Assembly: GCA_944326565.1 (NCBI GenBank)
Contig: CALVEL010000008.1
Span: 2,003-66,002 of the forward strand
Reading direction: 5' to 3'
Length of the DNA: 64,000 nucleotides
Origin: Candidatus Gastranaerophilales bacterium
Lineage (GTDB): Bacteria; Cyanobacteriota; Vampirovibrionia; Gastranaerophilales; Gastranaerophilaceae
The notes under the pieces are model-generated. The model was not told the DNA's origin and made no database searches. It saw only the letters and a program-made list of their open reading frames with translations. Made by a program: the position numbers and the translations under genes. Position 1 is the first letter of the stretch. Each line of letters begins with the position of its first letter. This document shows, piece after piece, positions 45,385 through 56,248 of this stretch.

Positions 45385-45984
45385 ATGGAACTTAGAGCAA
45401 GACTGGATAAAATTAAAGCAATAATTGAACAGGATTCTTTTTTCAATCAACAATCGTTGGGTGGAGAGTTAAATTTTCATATCTTTGATTATGAACCTTC
45501 AGATGAACTAATTGTAAGAAGATATATCAAGGATTTTGTAAGCAGTTATTCTTATGCCAATTCAAAGATTAAACCTATAGAATTTGATTTATTTGAGATG
45601 TTATTAAAAATCCTAACTGATAAAACTGCTGGTAGTAAAACTTATCTTGATTTAGCAATAGAAACTGAAGAAAGACAAGGAACAGAAAGTCTTATTAATA
45701 CTCTTAGAGGGGTTATTAATATAGAAGAATTTGTAAATATGATAAAAAAAGAGCTAGGAGATAGTAATCTTGTTATTTTATCTGGTGTAGGAAAGGTGTA
45801 TCCTTTGGTAAGGTCGCATAATGTCTTAAATAATCTTCATGCAGTTTTAGATAAGATTCCAGTTATTATGTTCTATCCTGGTACATACGACCAAAAAGAA
45901 TTAAGGCTATTTAAAGGTTCAAACTTTGATGGCTTAAAAGATGATAATTATTACAGAGCATTTAGGCTTGTTGCAAATGAGTAA
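45385..45984 (+). CDS. brxB: BREX protein BrxB (DUF1788)
   Basis: 199 aa with FHIFDYEPSDELIVRRYI, as recalled for DUF1788. Lies between brxA and brxC with a 3-nt gap. Confidence 0.85.
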   Translation: MELRARLDKIKAIIEQDSFFNQQSLGGELNFHIFDYEPSDELIVRRYIKDFVSSYSYANSKIKPIEFDLFEMLLKILTDKTAGSKTYLDLAIETEERQGTESLINTLRGVINIEEFVNMIKKELGDSNLVILSGVGKVYPLVRSHNVLNNLHAVLDKIPVIMFYPGTYDQKELRLFKGSNFDGLKDDNYYRAFRLVANE

Positions 45985-45994
45985 AGGTGTAGTT

Positions 45995-48900
45995 ATGAAG
46001 CTAAGAGAATTATTTGAGAAAGATATTAATAGGAACATTAATGGTGTTGTTAAAGTTGAGCAAGTTGATGACGAAGCTATTATTTATCAAGAATTGGACG
46101 AATTTGTCGTTACAAAAGAACTTTCTAAGCATTTTAGCACTTTTTATAGTAATTATAAAAACTCATTTGAAGAAAGAACTGATAAAATCGGAGTATGGAT
46201 TTCTGGTTTCTTTGGTTCTGGTAAATCTCATTTTTTAAAGATGCTATCATATCTACTTGCCAACAAAGAAGTAAAAGGTAAAAAAACAATAGAATTCTTT
46301 GAAGGGAAATCTAATATAGATGATTGGACTTTTGCTGATATGAAATTAGCTACATCTGTTCCTACAGAAACTATTTTGTTCAACATTGATTCTAAAAGTT
46401 CAAAAGATACAAAACAAAGAAAAGATGGCATTGTTGAAGTCTTTTTAAAGGTCTTTAACGAATCTCAGGGTTACTCTGCAAACTACCCTAAACTTGCAGA
46501 TATTGAAAGATATCTTGATAAAAATGGAAAATACGAAGAATTTAAACAAATTATAACCTCAGAAAGTGGTGTATCTTGGGAAGAAGCATCTAATGCAGTT
46601 GGTTTCTTTAAAGACTTCTTTATAAAGGCTTATGTTCAAGTTACAGGGACAACAGAACAAAGTACACAAGACTTATTTAAAGATGTTGTTGAAGATTCAG
46701 GGATTACACCAGAAGGGTTTGCAAAGCTAATAAAAGAATATCTTGAAAGTAAAGGTAGTAAGAATCGAATTATTTTCTTGGTCGATGAAATTGGGCAATT
46801 TATAAGCGATAATACAAACCTTATGCTTAGTTTACAGACAGTTGTTGAAAACTTGGGTACTACGTGTAATGGAAGAGCTTGGGTAATGGTAACATCTCAA
46901 GAAGCAATAGATTCTATAACAAAAGAACGTTTCAGGGACCAAGATTTCTCAAAAATCCAAGGCAGATTTGATACAAAATTAAGTTTATCTGGTTCAAACA
47001 CTGATGAAGTTATCAAACGAAGATTATTAGAAAAGAAACCAGATGCAAGAACTCTTCTTTCTAATTATTACAACGAACAAGAAAAGATTTTGGCAAATCT
47101 AATCACCTTTTCCAGTCAAACTTCCGGCATGAAAATGTATGAAAATTCGGGCGATTTTGTTGATTGTTATCCATTTGTCCCATATCAATTCAAGTTGTTA
47201 CAAAGTGTGTTTACAGAGTTAAGAAACTTTTCTCATGCCGGGGCTCACTTAGCTTCAGGGGAGCGTTCTATGCTTAATGCATTCCACACAGCGTTAAAAG
47301 AGTATGGGGACAAAGAGATTACAGAATTAGTTCCATTCAATGTTTTTTATTCTACGATTCAAACCTTTATAGATACAGATATTGTCAGAATAATTGCACA
47401 AGCAAAAGAGGGTAATCCAGATATAGAAGATTTTGATATTGAAGTCTTAACTGTTTTATTCTTGATTAAATACATTAAAGAAGTTCCTTGTGATGTAGAA
47501 AATATTGCAACATTAATGATATCAAATATTAATGAAAGCAAAAATGCACTAAAATCCAAAATAGAAGGAGCTTTAACAAGATTAAAACAAGCTACATTAA
47601 TACAACAAAATGGAGAAGAATATTCATTCTTAACAAACGAAGAACAAGATGTTACAAGAGGTATAAAAAACACTCAGATTGATTCTAGCGATGTGTTAAA
47701 TGAAGTCTATAGAAATATATATGAAGAAATTTATACTAAAAAGTCAATAACTCCATATCCTCAAGGACAGTCTTATTATTTTGTAAGAAAAGTTGATGAT
47801 GTAGTAAGAGGAAGCCAAGCAGAAGATATAGAAGTTAAATTTATCACTTCTATGAACTCTGATTATAAATTCAGCGAATCTGAGCTAAAAATGAAGTTTC
47901 TTGCAGGAAATACATTATTTATCAAATTGAATGAAAACGGTTACCTACAAGAACTTGAAACTATCTTAAAAACAGATAAGTATATCAAGCAAAAAAGCAG
48001 TGTAAAACAGTCTGAAATGCAGGATATGATATTAAAAAACAGAGGTGCTGAATTAATAGAACGCAAGAAAAGGGTGAAAACTTTATTAGAACAAGCTATT
48101 CTTGAATCTACTTTCTACACAAACGGTCAGATTATGGAAGTTAGTGCAACAAGTGCTGCTGCAAAGATTGAAAATGCTTTGAAACAAATTGTAGAAAATA
48201 CATATACGAACCTTCATTTTATCCAAGAAAGAGTTAGGGATGAAAAAGAAATCCATGCAAAACTCATTGCTCCTCAAGGTAAATTGGATGAAAGAAACAA
48301 AAAAGCTCTTGATGATGTTTTAGCATTTATTCAACTAAATAACTCGATGAGTTGCACTGTTACAATGCAGGGATTAAAACAACAATATACAAGAAAACCT
48401 TTTGGTTGGTCTATAAATGATATTGCAGGTGTTGTAGCAGATTTAGCTGTTAAAGGAGACATTTCTATTCTCTATAATGGTGTTCAATGCAATTATCAGG
48501 ATTATAATACAGTAAAATATTTGACAAATGACAGAGAAATTCAAAGCACTGTAATCAAATTGAAAGAAAAAATAGATAGTGCAAAAATCCAGCAAGTAAT
48601 AGCAATAGCACAAGAACTATTTGAAAAACAAGACTTTGTAGATGATGGAGAAAAACTTGCAAATTCAATAAGAGAAAATCTTCAAAATATGATTGGAGAT
48701 TTACAAGAGCTTAATGGAAGACATAATAACCCCAAATATCCTAAAAAGACTGTTATTGAACTTGGTCTTTCTACATTAAAAGAGCTTAAGAATGAGCCAG
48801 ATGTAAACGGATTATTTGATTTATTGATAAAGCAAAAGGATAATTTATTAACTTGGAAACAAGAATATAAACTCCTAAAATCATTCTTTAATACTCAAGT

Positions 48901-49561
48901 TGGTATTTTTGATGAATCATTGAAAATATATGACAGAGTAAAAAGAAATGAAGTTTATTTAACAACTTTTGAATCAGAAGAGGTTGCTAAATTAAATGAA
49001 CTAATTTCTAAACTTGAATCGATAATAGATTCTCCTGAACCATATTCTATGATTAAAGCTCTTCCTGTCTTAAATTCGGATATAACTTCTATTGTTAATA
49101 ATGTATTAGAAGATTATAAACAGGCATTAGGAGAAGTTATAAGTGATTTAGCTCATTATTTAGCAGAAGAAGCATCCAAACAGGGGCTTGAATGTGAAAG
49201 ATATAGCAACTTATTCAAGATTAATGTTACTGATTTGTATGAAAGAGCAACTGATTTTGGAGTGTTAAAGGCTATTGAAGAAAAAGCAAAATTATATTAT
49301 GAAAAACTTTTGAAACAAATTTCAGAAGATAGCATTGCGAAAAAGAATTTAGAATTACAACAACTAACAGGTACAGAAGAACATCCAGACTCTGAACCAA
49401 TGATTCAGAAAGAATTAGTATTCGTAAATCCTACAAATGTTGTTCAGAGTATGCAAATTCTTGAAACGGAAGAAGATGTTGATAACTATATCAACAAACT
49501 ATCAGAAGAGTTGAAAAACAGAATCAGGAACAATAAACGTATTAAACTCCAAGGGGGCTAG
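45995..49561 (+). CDS. brxC: BREX P-loop ATPase BrxC
   Basis: N-terminus MKLRELFEKDINRNINGVVKVEQVDD...ELDEFVVTKEL and P-loop GFFGSGKSHFLKML. About 1190 aa. ATG at 45995 has an AAAGGTG RBS. Confidence 0.9.
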   Translation: MKLRELFEKDINRNINGVVKVEQVDDEAIIYQELDEFVVTKELSKHFSTFYSNYKNSFEERTDKIGVWISGFFGSGKSHFLKMLSYLLANKEVKGKKTIEFFEGKSNIDDWTFADMKLATSVPTETILFNIDSKSSKDTKQRKDGIVEVFLKVFNESQGYSANYPKLADIERYLDKNGKYEEFKQIITSESGVSWEEASNAVGFFKDFFIKAYVQVTGTTEQSTQDLFKDVVEDSGITPEGFAKLIKEYLESKGSKNRIIFLVDEIGQFISDNTNLMLSLQTVVENLGTTCNGRAWVMVTSQEAIDSITKERFRDQDFSKIQGRFDTKLSLSGSNTDEVIKRRLLEKKPDARTLLSNYYNEQEKILANLITFSSQTSGMKMYENSGDFVDCYPFVPYQFKLLQSVFTELRNFSHAGAHLASGERSMLNAFHTALKEYGDKEITELVPFNVFYSTIQTFIDTDIVRIIAQAKEGNPDIEDFDIEVLTVLFLIKYIKEVPCDVENIATLMISNINESKNALKSKIEGALTRLKQATLIQQNGEEYSFLTNEEQDVTRGIKNTQIDSSDVLNEVYRNIYEEIYTKKSITPYPQGQSYYFVRKVDDVVRGSQAEDIEVKFITSMNSDYKFSESELKMKFLAGNTLFIKLNENGYLQELETILKTDKYIKQKSSVKQSEMQDMILKNRGAELIERKKRVKTLLEQAILESTFYTNGQIMEVSATSAAAKIENALKQIVENTYTNLHFIQERVRDEKEIHAKLIAPQGKLDERNKKALDDVLAFIQLNNSMSCTVTMQGLKQQYTRKPFGWSINDIAGVVADLAVKGDISILYNGVQCNYQDYNTVKYLTNDREIQSTVIKLKEKIDSAKIQQVIAIAQELFEKQDFVDDGEKLANSIRENLQNMIGDLQELNGRHNNPKYPKKTVIELGLSTLKELKNEPDVNGLFDLLIKQKDNLLTWKQEYKLLKSFFNTQVGIFDESLKIYDRVKRNEVYLTTFESEEVAKLNELISKLESIIDSPEPYSMIKALPVLNSDITSIVNNVLEDYKQALGEVISDLAHYLAEEASKQGLECERYSNLFKINVTDLYERATDFGVLKAIEEKAKLYYEKLLKQISEDSIAKKNLELQQLTGTEEHPDSEPMIQKELVFVNPTNVVQSMQILETEEDVDNYINKLSEELKNRIRNNKRIKLQGG

Positions 49562-49649
49562 GGGTAAATGGTGTAAATAGGAGTAACCATTATAGAATAA
49601 ACTTAATCCCTAAAATATTGGAACTTTTCAAACTATAAAGGAAGTATTG

Positions 49650-52600
49650 ATGACAGAACTATTAGAAAAAGAAATAACATTGGATAAATCAGCACTAAAA
49701 GACTTTGCAATAAAAGCAAGAAGAAAACTTAAAGAAAGAGTTGAGCTTCAAGCAAAACTGATGGGATTTTATGAAGATAATAGAGCTGTCAATTATGAGT
49801 TTGAAGACGACAGACAAGTGAAAATAAATGGAGAGTTCTTTAGCAAAAAACAAGTTGAGACCTTACAAAGAGAAATTAAGTCAAAAGGTTATGAAAACTT
49901 GATTGATGAAGTTGCATATACTTGGTTCAACAGATTCATCGCTCTATATTATATGGAAGTCAATGGATATAGCGAAAATAATTTTAATATTATTTCAAAT
50001 ATCGATAACCTTAACCAATTTGCAGTATCTGTTTCATCACAATTGAATGATGAAGAAAAACAAACTGTTATATCAGCTGTTCAAAATAATAATCAGGATG
50101 TAATTTTTAAGACATTGCTAATTCATCAATGTAATGTGATGAACAAAAAACTTCCATTCTTGTTTGAGCAAATCCAAGACTATACAGAATTATTATTCCC
50201 TCAAGGGATGAATAGTGCTGATTCTGTAATAAAAGAAATGCTATCTCTTGATAAATCCAACTGGCAAGTTGTAGAAATTATCGGCTGGCTTTATCAGTAT
50301 TATATTTCAGAAGCAAAAGAAATACTTGATTATGAATTAAAAAATAAAAAAAATCGTAAAGTGCAAAAAGATGATATGCCAGCTAAAACTCAAATATTTA
50401 CTCCTAAATGGATAGTAAAATATATGGTTGAAAACTCAGTTGGTAAAATGTGGCTTGAAGCTCGTCCTAATAAAGAATTACAGTCTAAATTTAAGTACTA
50501 TTTGGAATCAGCTGATCAAGAAGATGATGTTAAAGAAAAACTAAAAGAAATTATAAATAAAAACATCTCTCCAGAGGATATAAAAGTTCTTGACCCTGCT
50601 TGTGGTTCTGGGCATATTTTGGTAACAGCTTTTGAAGTTTTATACCAAATATACAAATCTGCTGGATATATGAAAGATGAGATTGCTAAATTGATTCTGA
50701 CAAAAAATTTATATGGACTTGATATTTGTAATAGAGCTTCTCAATTAGCTCAACTTGCTTTAATTATGAAAGCTAGAGAATATGACAAAGATATTTCATC
50801 TAAGGTAGTTGAATTAAATATAACTTCTATTCAAGATACCAATTGGTTTGATTCAAGAGTAAAAGAATGCCTAATGAATGGTGTAACTAACCAATTACTT
50901 GCACAATCACAAATAGATTTATTGCAAAAAACATTCAAAGACGCTAAAGAATACGGTTCAATTCTTGATGTAAAAGATTTTGATTTCAATTTTTGGGAAG
51001 AAAGATTATATGCTGTGCAAACTCTAAATATGGGACTTTTATATTCTGATATTACAGAACAATTAAGAGACAAATTACCTCAATTAATCAAACAAGCTCG
51101 TATCATGCAACAAAAATATGAATGCGTTATTACAAATCCTCCGTATTTAGGTAGTAAATTCTTTGATGCAAAATTAACAGAATTCATGACAAAAAAATAT
51201 CCTAATTCAAAATCGGATACGTGTGTAGCATTTATAGAAAAGGCTTTGCAAATGACAGCTAAAAATTCATATTGTGCTCTAGTTGTTATGCAATCATGGA
51301 TGTTTTTATCATCATTTGAAAAGTTTAGAGAACACTTATTAAATAATTCGACAATTCAAACAATGACACATATGGGTAATAACGTCATGAAAATAGCTTT
51401 TGGCACATGTGCAACAGTATGGCAAAAAGCTGTAATGCCAAAATATAAAGCTGTATATTCATGGGTAGAAAACGATGATATTACTGAAAAAGATATTCCA
51501 TATACATTCCCTATTAAAGATAATGGGCGATATAACATAGTTGCTCAAAATGGATTCCACTCAATACCTGGGTCGCCGATTGCATACTGGGCTAGCGATA
51601 GAGTTAGAGAGATATTTAGAAATAACAAGCCTTTAAATGAATTTGTTGAAGCTTTTCAAGGAATTATAACAGGTGATAATAATTATTTTTTAAGATTATG
51701 GTATGAACTTGAAAATAATAAGATTTCATTTAATAAACAAAAAATGGAAGAAGTTAATATATCTGAACAATATTGGATTCCTTATAACAAAGGAGGCGAA
51801 TTTAGGAAATATTATGGTAATCAAGATTATGTCATAAATTGGAAAGATGAAGGTGATGGACTTGTTAGAAGCCGAAACAAATCTTCTGAATATTATTTGC
51901 AAGAATATGTTTCTTGGACATATATTACATCTACAACTCCCACAACAAGATATTATCCCAAAGGTTTTTTATGGGATGTAGCTGGTTCTGGTTTCTTTGA
52001 TAAAAATAAAAATAACAAGAATTTGTATTATTTACAAAGCTTATTGGGTTCAAACGTAGGAAGATATATTATTTATTTAATTAATCCAACAATAAATTTT
52101 CAAGTCGAAAATATATTATTATTTCCAACGAAATTTCCGAATAAAGAAATTCAAGATAAAATTAATTCATTAGTTGCAGAAAACATTCAAATATCAAAAG
52201 ACGATTGGGATAGTTTTGAAACATCTTGGGATTTTGAACAACATCCTTTGTTGAGATTCTCTAATAGAAATAAAGGTCTTGTTGACTACAAAAATATTCA
52301 TAAAGTTGAACCTATTACAGCAGGAGATAAAGTTCAAGATTGTTTCAATAAATGGAAGGAATACAAACAAGAACAATTCAACAAACTAAAAGCTAATGAA
52401 GAAGAATTGAACAGATTGTTTATTGAAATTTATGGACTTCAAGATGAAATGACTCCAGAGGTCGATGATAAAGATATTACAGTCGCTTTAGCAGATGAAT
52501 TAAGGGATATAAAATCACTTCTATCTTATGCTATTGGCTGTATGTTTGGCAGATATTCTCTTGATGAAAAAGGTTTAATATTTGCTGGTGGAGAGTTTGA

Positions 52601-53207
52601 CAAAAGTAAATATCAAACCTTAGAAGTTGATGAAGATGGTATTTTACCAATTCTTTCTGATACTTGGTTTGATGATGATATTATAGAAGAGTTCAAAAGG
52701 TTCTTGAAAAAAGCATTTGGCGAATTATATTTCAATGAGAATATGCAATATATAGCAGATGTTTTAGGTCGCAAAGGTTCTGAGAGTGCAGAAGATAGAA
52801 TTAGAACATATTTCTTGAAAGATTTCTACAAAGACCATTTGCAAATCTACAAAAAACGTCCTATTTATTGGATGTTTACAAGCGGCAAAGAAAAAGGGTT
52901 CAACGCTCTAATATATCTGCACAGGTATGACAAAACAACATTATCAAGAATAAGAAAAGATTATTTGCACGAGTTCCAAAACAAATTGGATAATGCAATA
53001 CAAAGAGCAGAAAACGAAGGAAATGTTAAATTAACATCACTATATTCAAAATATCAAACAGAATGCCTTGAATTTGATAGAAAGATTAAGGATTTAGCTG
53101 ATGAGCAGATAGAGCTAGACCTTGATGACGGTGTAAAAGTTAATTATGCAAAATTCAAAGGACTGCTCGAATCAGAAAAAGATGTAATAGGAAAGGATAA
53201 AGGCTAA
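49650..53207 (+). CDS. pglX: BREX N6-adenine DNA methyltransferase PglX
   Basis: SAM-binding motif I VLDPACGSGHIL and catalytic motif IV VITNPPYLGSK. About 1185 aa, in the correct position after brxC. Confidence 0.9.
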   Translation: MTELLEKEITLDKSALKDFAIKARRKLKERVELQAKLMGFYEDNRAVNYEFEDDRQVKINGEFFSKKQVETLQREIKSKGYENLIDEVAYTWFNRFIALYYMEVNGYSENNFNIISNIDNLNQFAVSVSSQLNDEEKQTVISAVQNNNQDVIFKTLLIHQCNVMNKKLPFLFEQIQDYTELLFPQGMNSADSVIKEMLSLDKSNWQVVEIIGWLYQYYISEAKEILDYELKNKKNRKVQKDDMPAKTQIFTPKWIVKYMVENSVGKMWLEARPNKELQSKFKYYLESADQEDDVKEKLKEIINKNISPEDIKVLDPACGSGHILVTAFEVLYQIYKSAGYMKDEIAKLILTKNLYGLDICNRASQLAQLALIMKAREYDKDISSKVVELNITSIQDTNWFDSRVKECLMNGVTNQLLAQSQIDLLQKTFKDAKEYGSILDVKDFDFNFWEERLYAVQTLNMGLLYSDITEQLRDKLPQLIKQARIMQQKYECVITNPPYLGSKFFDAKLTEFMTKKYPNSKSDTCVAFIEKALQMTAKNSYCALVVMQSWMFLSSFEKFREHLLNNSTIQTMTHMGNNVMKIAFGTCATVWQKAVMPKYKAVYSWVENDDITEKDIPYTFPIKDNGRYNIVAQNGFHSIPGSPIAYWASDRVREIFRNNKPLNEFVEAFQGIITGDNNYFLRLWYELENNKISFNKQKMEEVNISEQYWIPYNKGGEFRKYYGNQDYVINWKDEGDGLVRSRNKSSEYYLQEYVSWTYITSTTPTTRYYPKGFLWDVAGSGFFDKNKNNKNLYYLQSLLGSNVGRYIIYLINPTINFQVENILLFPTKFPNKEIQDKINSLVAENIQISKDDWDSFETSWDFEQHPLLRFSNRNKGLVDYKNIHKVEPITAGDKVQDCFNKWKEYKQEQFNKLKANEEELNRLFIEIYGLQDEMTPEVDDKDITVALADELRDIKSLLSYAIGCMFGRYSLDEKGLIFAGGEFDKSKYQTLEVDEDGILPILSDTWFDDDIIEEFKRFLKKAFGELYFNENMQYIADVLGRKGSESAEDRIRTYFLKDFYKDHLQIYKKRPIYWMFTSGKEKGFNALIYLHRYDKTTLSRIRKDYLHEFQNKLDNAIQRAENEGNVKLTSLYSKYQTECLEFDRKIKDLADEQIELDLDDGVKVNYAKFKGLLESEKDVIGKDKG

Positions 53208-53213
53208 AGATTT

Positions 53214-53714
53214 ATGCCAAATTCAGAACGAGAAACTATAGAAAATTTAATAAGAGTGCTAAATTGTAATGAAACCGTTACGGTCTTTAAGAGAAAACGT
53301 TCATTTATATTTAATTTTGCTATGATTTGGAATCTTTTTGAAGATAGATGTATGGATAATTTTGCCCAAATTTCTAAGGTTGATGATTTTGTTAATACTT
53401 TGCCTTCCGATTTAAATCTGGATGTAAATATAATTTTTGATTATTTCAAAGATAGGTATAAAGTAGTTAATAATATATACAATATAGAAAACTTATTATG
53501 GAGACGTAATGAAAATACTTACAGAAATTTTGTAATAGAAAAATTCAGAGATACTCAATGCTCTCATCAAGATAAAATAAAAGCTGTTTTATATATTATT
53601 TTTAGACTAAGAAATAATCTTTTTCATGGGGAAAAAGATATTGCAATAATAAATGAACAAAAACGAACTTTTGTTCTTGTGAACAAATTTTTGATGGATT
53701 TAATTACTTTATAG
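53214..53714 (+). CDS. HEPN-type (Rx4H) small protein inserted between pglX and pglZ
   Basis: 166 aa, starting 6 nt after the pglX stop and ending 11 nt before pglZ. C-terminal helix LYIIFRLRNNLFHGEKD contains R133-x4-H138 in the RNxxxHG context typical of HEPN RNase/Abi families. Confidence 0.6.
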   Translation: MPNSERETIENLIRVLNCNETVTVFKRKRSFIFNFAMIWNLFEDRCMDNFAQISKVDDFVNTLPSDLNLDVNIIFDYFKDRYKVVNNIYNIENLLWRRNENTYRNFVIEKFRDTQCSHQDKIKAVLYIIFRLRNNLFHGEKDIAIINEQKRTFVLVNKFLMDLITL

Positions 53715-53725
53715 GTAAATAGATA

Positions 53726-56236
53726 ATGGAACAAGATAAATTACAAGAATTAATATTGAAACATTTTAACAAGCAAGAAAGACAAATTGTATTCTGGTAT
53801 GATGAAACTGGAGAAAATGAAGAAAAACTGGATTCATTATCTCTTCCTAATATTAAAATACACAAGCTCACAAAGAATAATAATCTTTTGACAAAAAAGT
53901 TGCTTGAAAAAGATGATACGACATCAAATTATCTTATTTATGCACCTTTTGAGATGCCTCCTATTGAAGATAACTGGTTTATTGATACACAACTATATTC
54001 ACAAGTTCTATCTGTTGATGAGGTGGATAGTTTATGCTCCGAATTTGAAGTCTATGATATAGCAATTAAAAACCTGTTCAAAAACCATATCAAATTCTTT
54101 AATAACAAAAAAAGAATAAATAATTTCAAAACTCTGTTGCCATCTAATAAATCAGTAGAAAATTTCTACTTAGCAATGTTTGGAACGCTTGTCGAGTGTA
54201 AAATATTTGATAAATACAAAATTATTCAAACATTTATTATAAAAGAAATTATTGATAAAAATACTCCATCAAAGGAATTTGCAAAGTATGGATTGGAAGA
54301 TAAGTTTTGGGAATTAATAGAAAAAGAATTTGGCTACTTGGGAGAACGAGAAGCAAAATATCTATTAGCAGGAATTGTCTTTAAAAAACTGCAACAACAA
54401 CTCAGAGGTTCAAGTTTCCCTGATACTTATAAAAAATATATTAGTAAGAATATGAAAGAAGCTGAATGCAATTCATTCTTAGAAAGTTGGTTTCGTGATA
54501 CAGAGCTTATGCCTTATTATAAAGAATTGATAGAAGAGTTTGAAAGAGATGATTTTAAAATAGATGAGAATATTACAGACTGGTCTGATATATTACAAAG
54601 CGAACCTGAATTCCAAACTCTTAGAGCATATGATAGATTCCTTGTTAATTATTTGATTGCTCAATTTGATTCGTTAAAAGATGAAGATAAAATACTTATT
54701 GAAAAAAGAAAAAGAACACTATTCTATAATGAGTATGAAAATGTTTATAATGCTCTTTTCTGGGCTTTGGAATTAAGTTTGTTAGTGAAAAACACTCAGA
54801 TTCCAGAACAGAAAATTGAAACATTTATTAAGAGCTATGCTCAAAGTTATTACAAAATAGATAAAGCATATAGAAAATTCTATTACTATTGTGGATTATT
54901 AAACGATAGAAAACTTGACTCTGTTAAAGATAAAGTTGAGAAATTGTATGTAAACAAATATCTTGATGATATTAATTTGAAATTCTCTAACCAAGTAAAA
55001 GAAATTGCCCCTAACTGGACTTTTTCAAATCTTCCTATGCAAAAAGATTTCTATTACAATGAAGTACGTTCTTCTAAAAACAAACTTGTTGTTATAATTT
55101 CTGATGCATTACGATATGAAATTGCAGAAGAATTAAGCGAGGCAATTAGAAGTAACTACTCAATTAAAGCCGATGTAAAACTGGATTGTATGGTCGCTTC
55201 AATCCCTTCTTATACAAGATTAGGGATGGCTTCATTGCTTCCTCATAAAGAAGTTTCTATGAATAATAAAGCTGAAATTGTTGTAGATGGAGTAGTTGCA
55301 AAGGATTCTGCATCAAGAGAAAAAATATTGCAAGCACATAATCCAAACTCAAAAGTTCTGATTTTAAGTGATTTAGAAGATATGTCAAGAGATGATTTAA
55401 GAGCTCTATTTAGTGGATTAGAGATTGCTTATATTTATCATGATGACATTGATAAAGCTGGAGAACATAATGAAAAAGATGTGTTTAATGCTGCTGAAAA
55501 AACTGTAAAAATACTTTCAGAAAAAATTAAGTTTTTGTTCAATAATTCTTTGTGTAGCAATGTAATTATTACCGCAGACCACGGTTTCTTATATCAATAT
55601 AGCGATTTAGAAGAGCATCAAAAGATTACAATAGGCACTATTGATTCTATTGAGTGTAAAAAAAGGTATATTATTGGAACTTCTCCAGTAGAAAAGCAGG
55701 GTATCGTTGATTTTGATATGAATTATATATTCAAAAATTCAGCTTTAAAATTGTCGTTGCCATGCAATATCAATAGATTTAAAACTTCTGGAGCTGGCAT
55801 AAATTACGTTCATGGAGGAGCTAGTCCTCAAGAAATAGTATTACCTCTTTTGAGAGTTAAGCAAAACCGTAAACAAGAAATTAAGAAAGTAAAACTTTCA
55901 CTAGAAAACTCTTCTCGAAAGATTACTAATAATAAGTTTACATTATCATTCTTGCAAAAAGAAAGCATATCTGAGCTTGTTAAACCAAGAGTATTCAGCG
56001 TTTCTTTATGGGATGAAGAAAATAATATGCAAGTATCTAATAAACTTATTATAGATGCAAATATTAGTTCTGATAAAATGGAAGATAGAATATTCAAAAA
56101 AGTATTAGAACTAAAAAGTTTTGATGCAGATAAAAACAAAGATTATTACTTGATTATAAAAGATGTAGATGAGGTTGGTGAACCATATGCAAAAATCCCA
56201 TTTACAATAAATTTAATGTTCCAGTCAGATTTTTAA
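53726..56236 (+). CDS. pglZ: BREX alkaline-phosphatase-superfamily protein PglZ
   Basis: VVIISDALRYEIAEEL and VIITADHGFLY motifs of the PglZ domain. 836 aa. Confidence 0.9.
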   Translation: MEQDKLQELILKHFNKQERQIVFWYDETGENEEKLDSLSLPNIKIHKLTKNNNLLTKKLLEKDDTTSNYLIYAPFEMPPIEDNWFIDTQLYSQVLSVDEVDSLCSEFEVYDIAIKNLFKNHIKFFNNKKRINNFKTLLPSNKSVENFYLAMFGTLVECKIFDKYKIIQTFIIKEIIDKNTPSKEFAKYGLEDKFWELIEKEFGYLGEREAKYLLAGIVFKKLQQQLRGSSFPDTYKKYISKNMKEAECNSFLESWFRDTELMPYYKELIEEFERDDFKIDENITDWSDILQSEPEFQTLRAYDRFLVNYLIAQFDSLKDEDKILIEKRKRTLFYNEYENVYNALFWALELSLLVKNTQIPEQKIETFIKSYAQSYYKIDKAYRKFYYYCGLLNDRKLDSVKDKVEKLYVNKYLDDINLKFSNQVKEIAPNWTFSNLPMQKDFYYNEVRSSKNKLVVIISDALRYEIAEELSEAIRSNYSIKADVKLDCMVASIPSYTRLGMASLLPHKEVSMNNKAEIVVDGVVAKDSASREKILQAHNPNSKVLILSDLEDMSRDDLRALFSGLEIAYIYHDDIDKAGEHNEKDVFNAAEKTVKILSEKIKFLFNNSLCSNVIITADHGFLYQYSDLEEHQKITIGTIDSIECKKRYIIGTSPVEKQGIVDFDMNYIFKNSALKLSLPCNINRFKTSGAGINYVHGGASPQEIVLPLLRVKQNRKQEIKKVKLSLENSSRKITNNKFTLSFLQKESISELVKPRVFSVSLWDEENNMQVSNKLIIDANISSDKMEDRIFKKVLELKSFDADKNKDYYLIIKDVDEVGEPYAKIPFTINLMFQSDF

Positions 56237-56248
56237 GGCAGGTGAAAA

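Noticed and set aside
45941-45994. Longer brxC start at 45941 overlapping brxB by 44 nt
   Set aside because: The ATG at 45995 has an RBS and yields the N-terminus MKLRELFEKDINR typical of BrxC. The extension adds an unconserved hydrophobic peptide.
49561-49590. GGTAAAT / TGTAAAT / AGTAACC boxes in the brxC-pglX spacer, and a similar GGTAAAT / GGTAAGG / GGTGAAT cluster at 43207-43233
   Set aside because: The boxes are short and degenerate. A shared 7-mer in 64 kb of biased composition is expected by chance. Noted only in case footprinting is done.
49650-53207. Possibility of a pglX shufflon (phase-variable specificity via inverted partial pglX copies), given the nearby recombinase
   Set aside because: I saw no second pglX fragment or internal inverted duplicate of pglX sequence anywhere in the window. 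The only convincing inverted repeats lie outside the operon.
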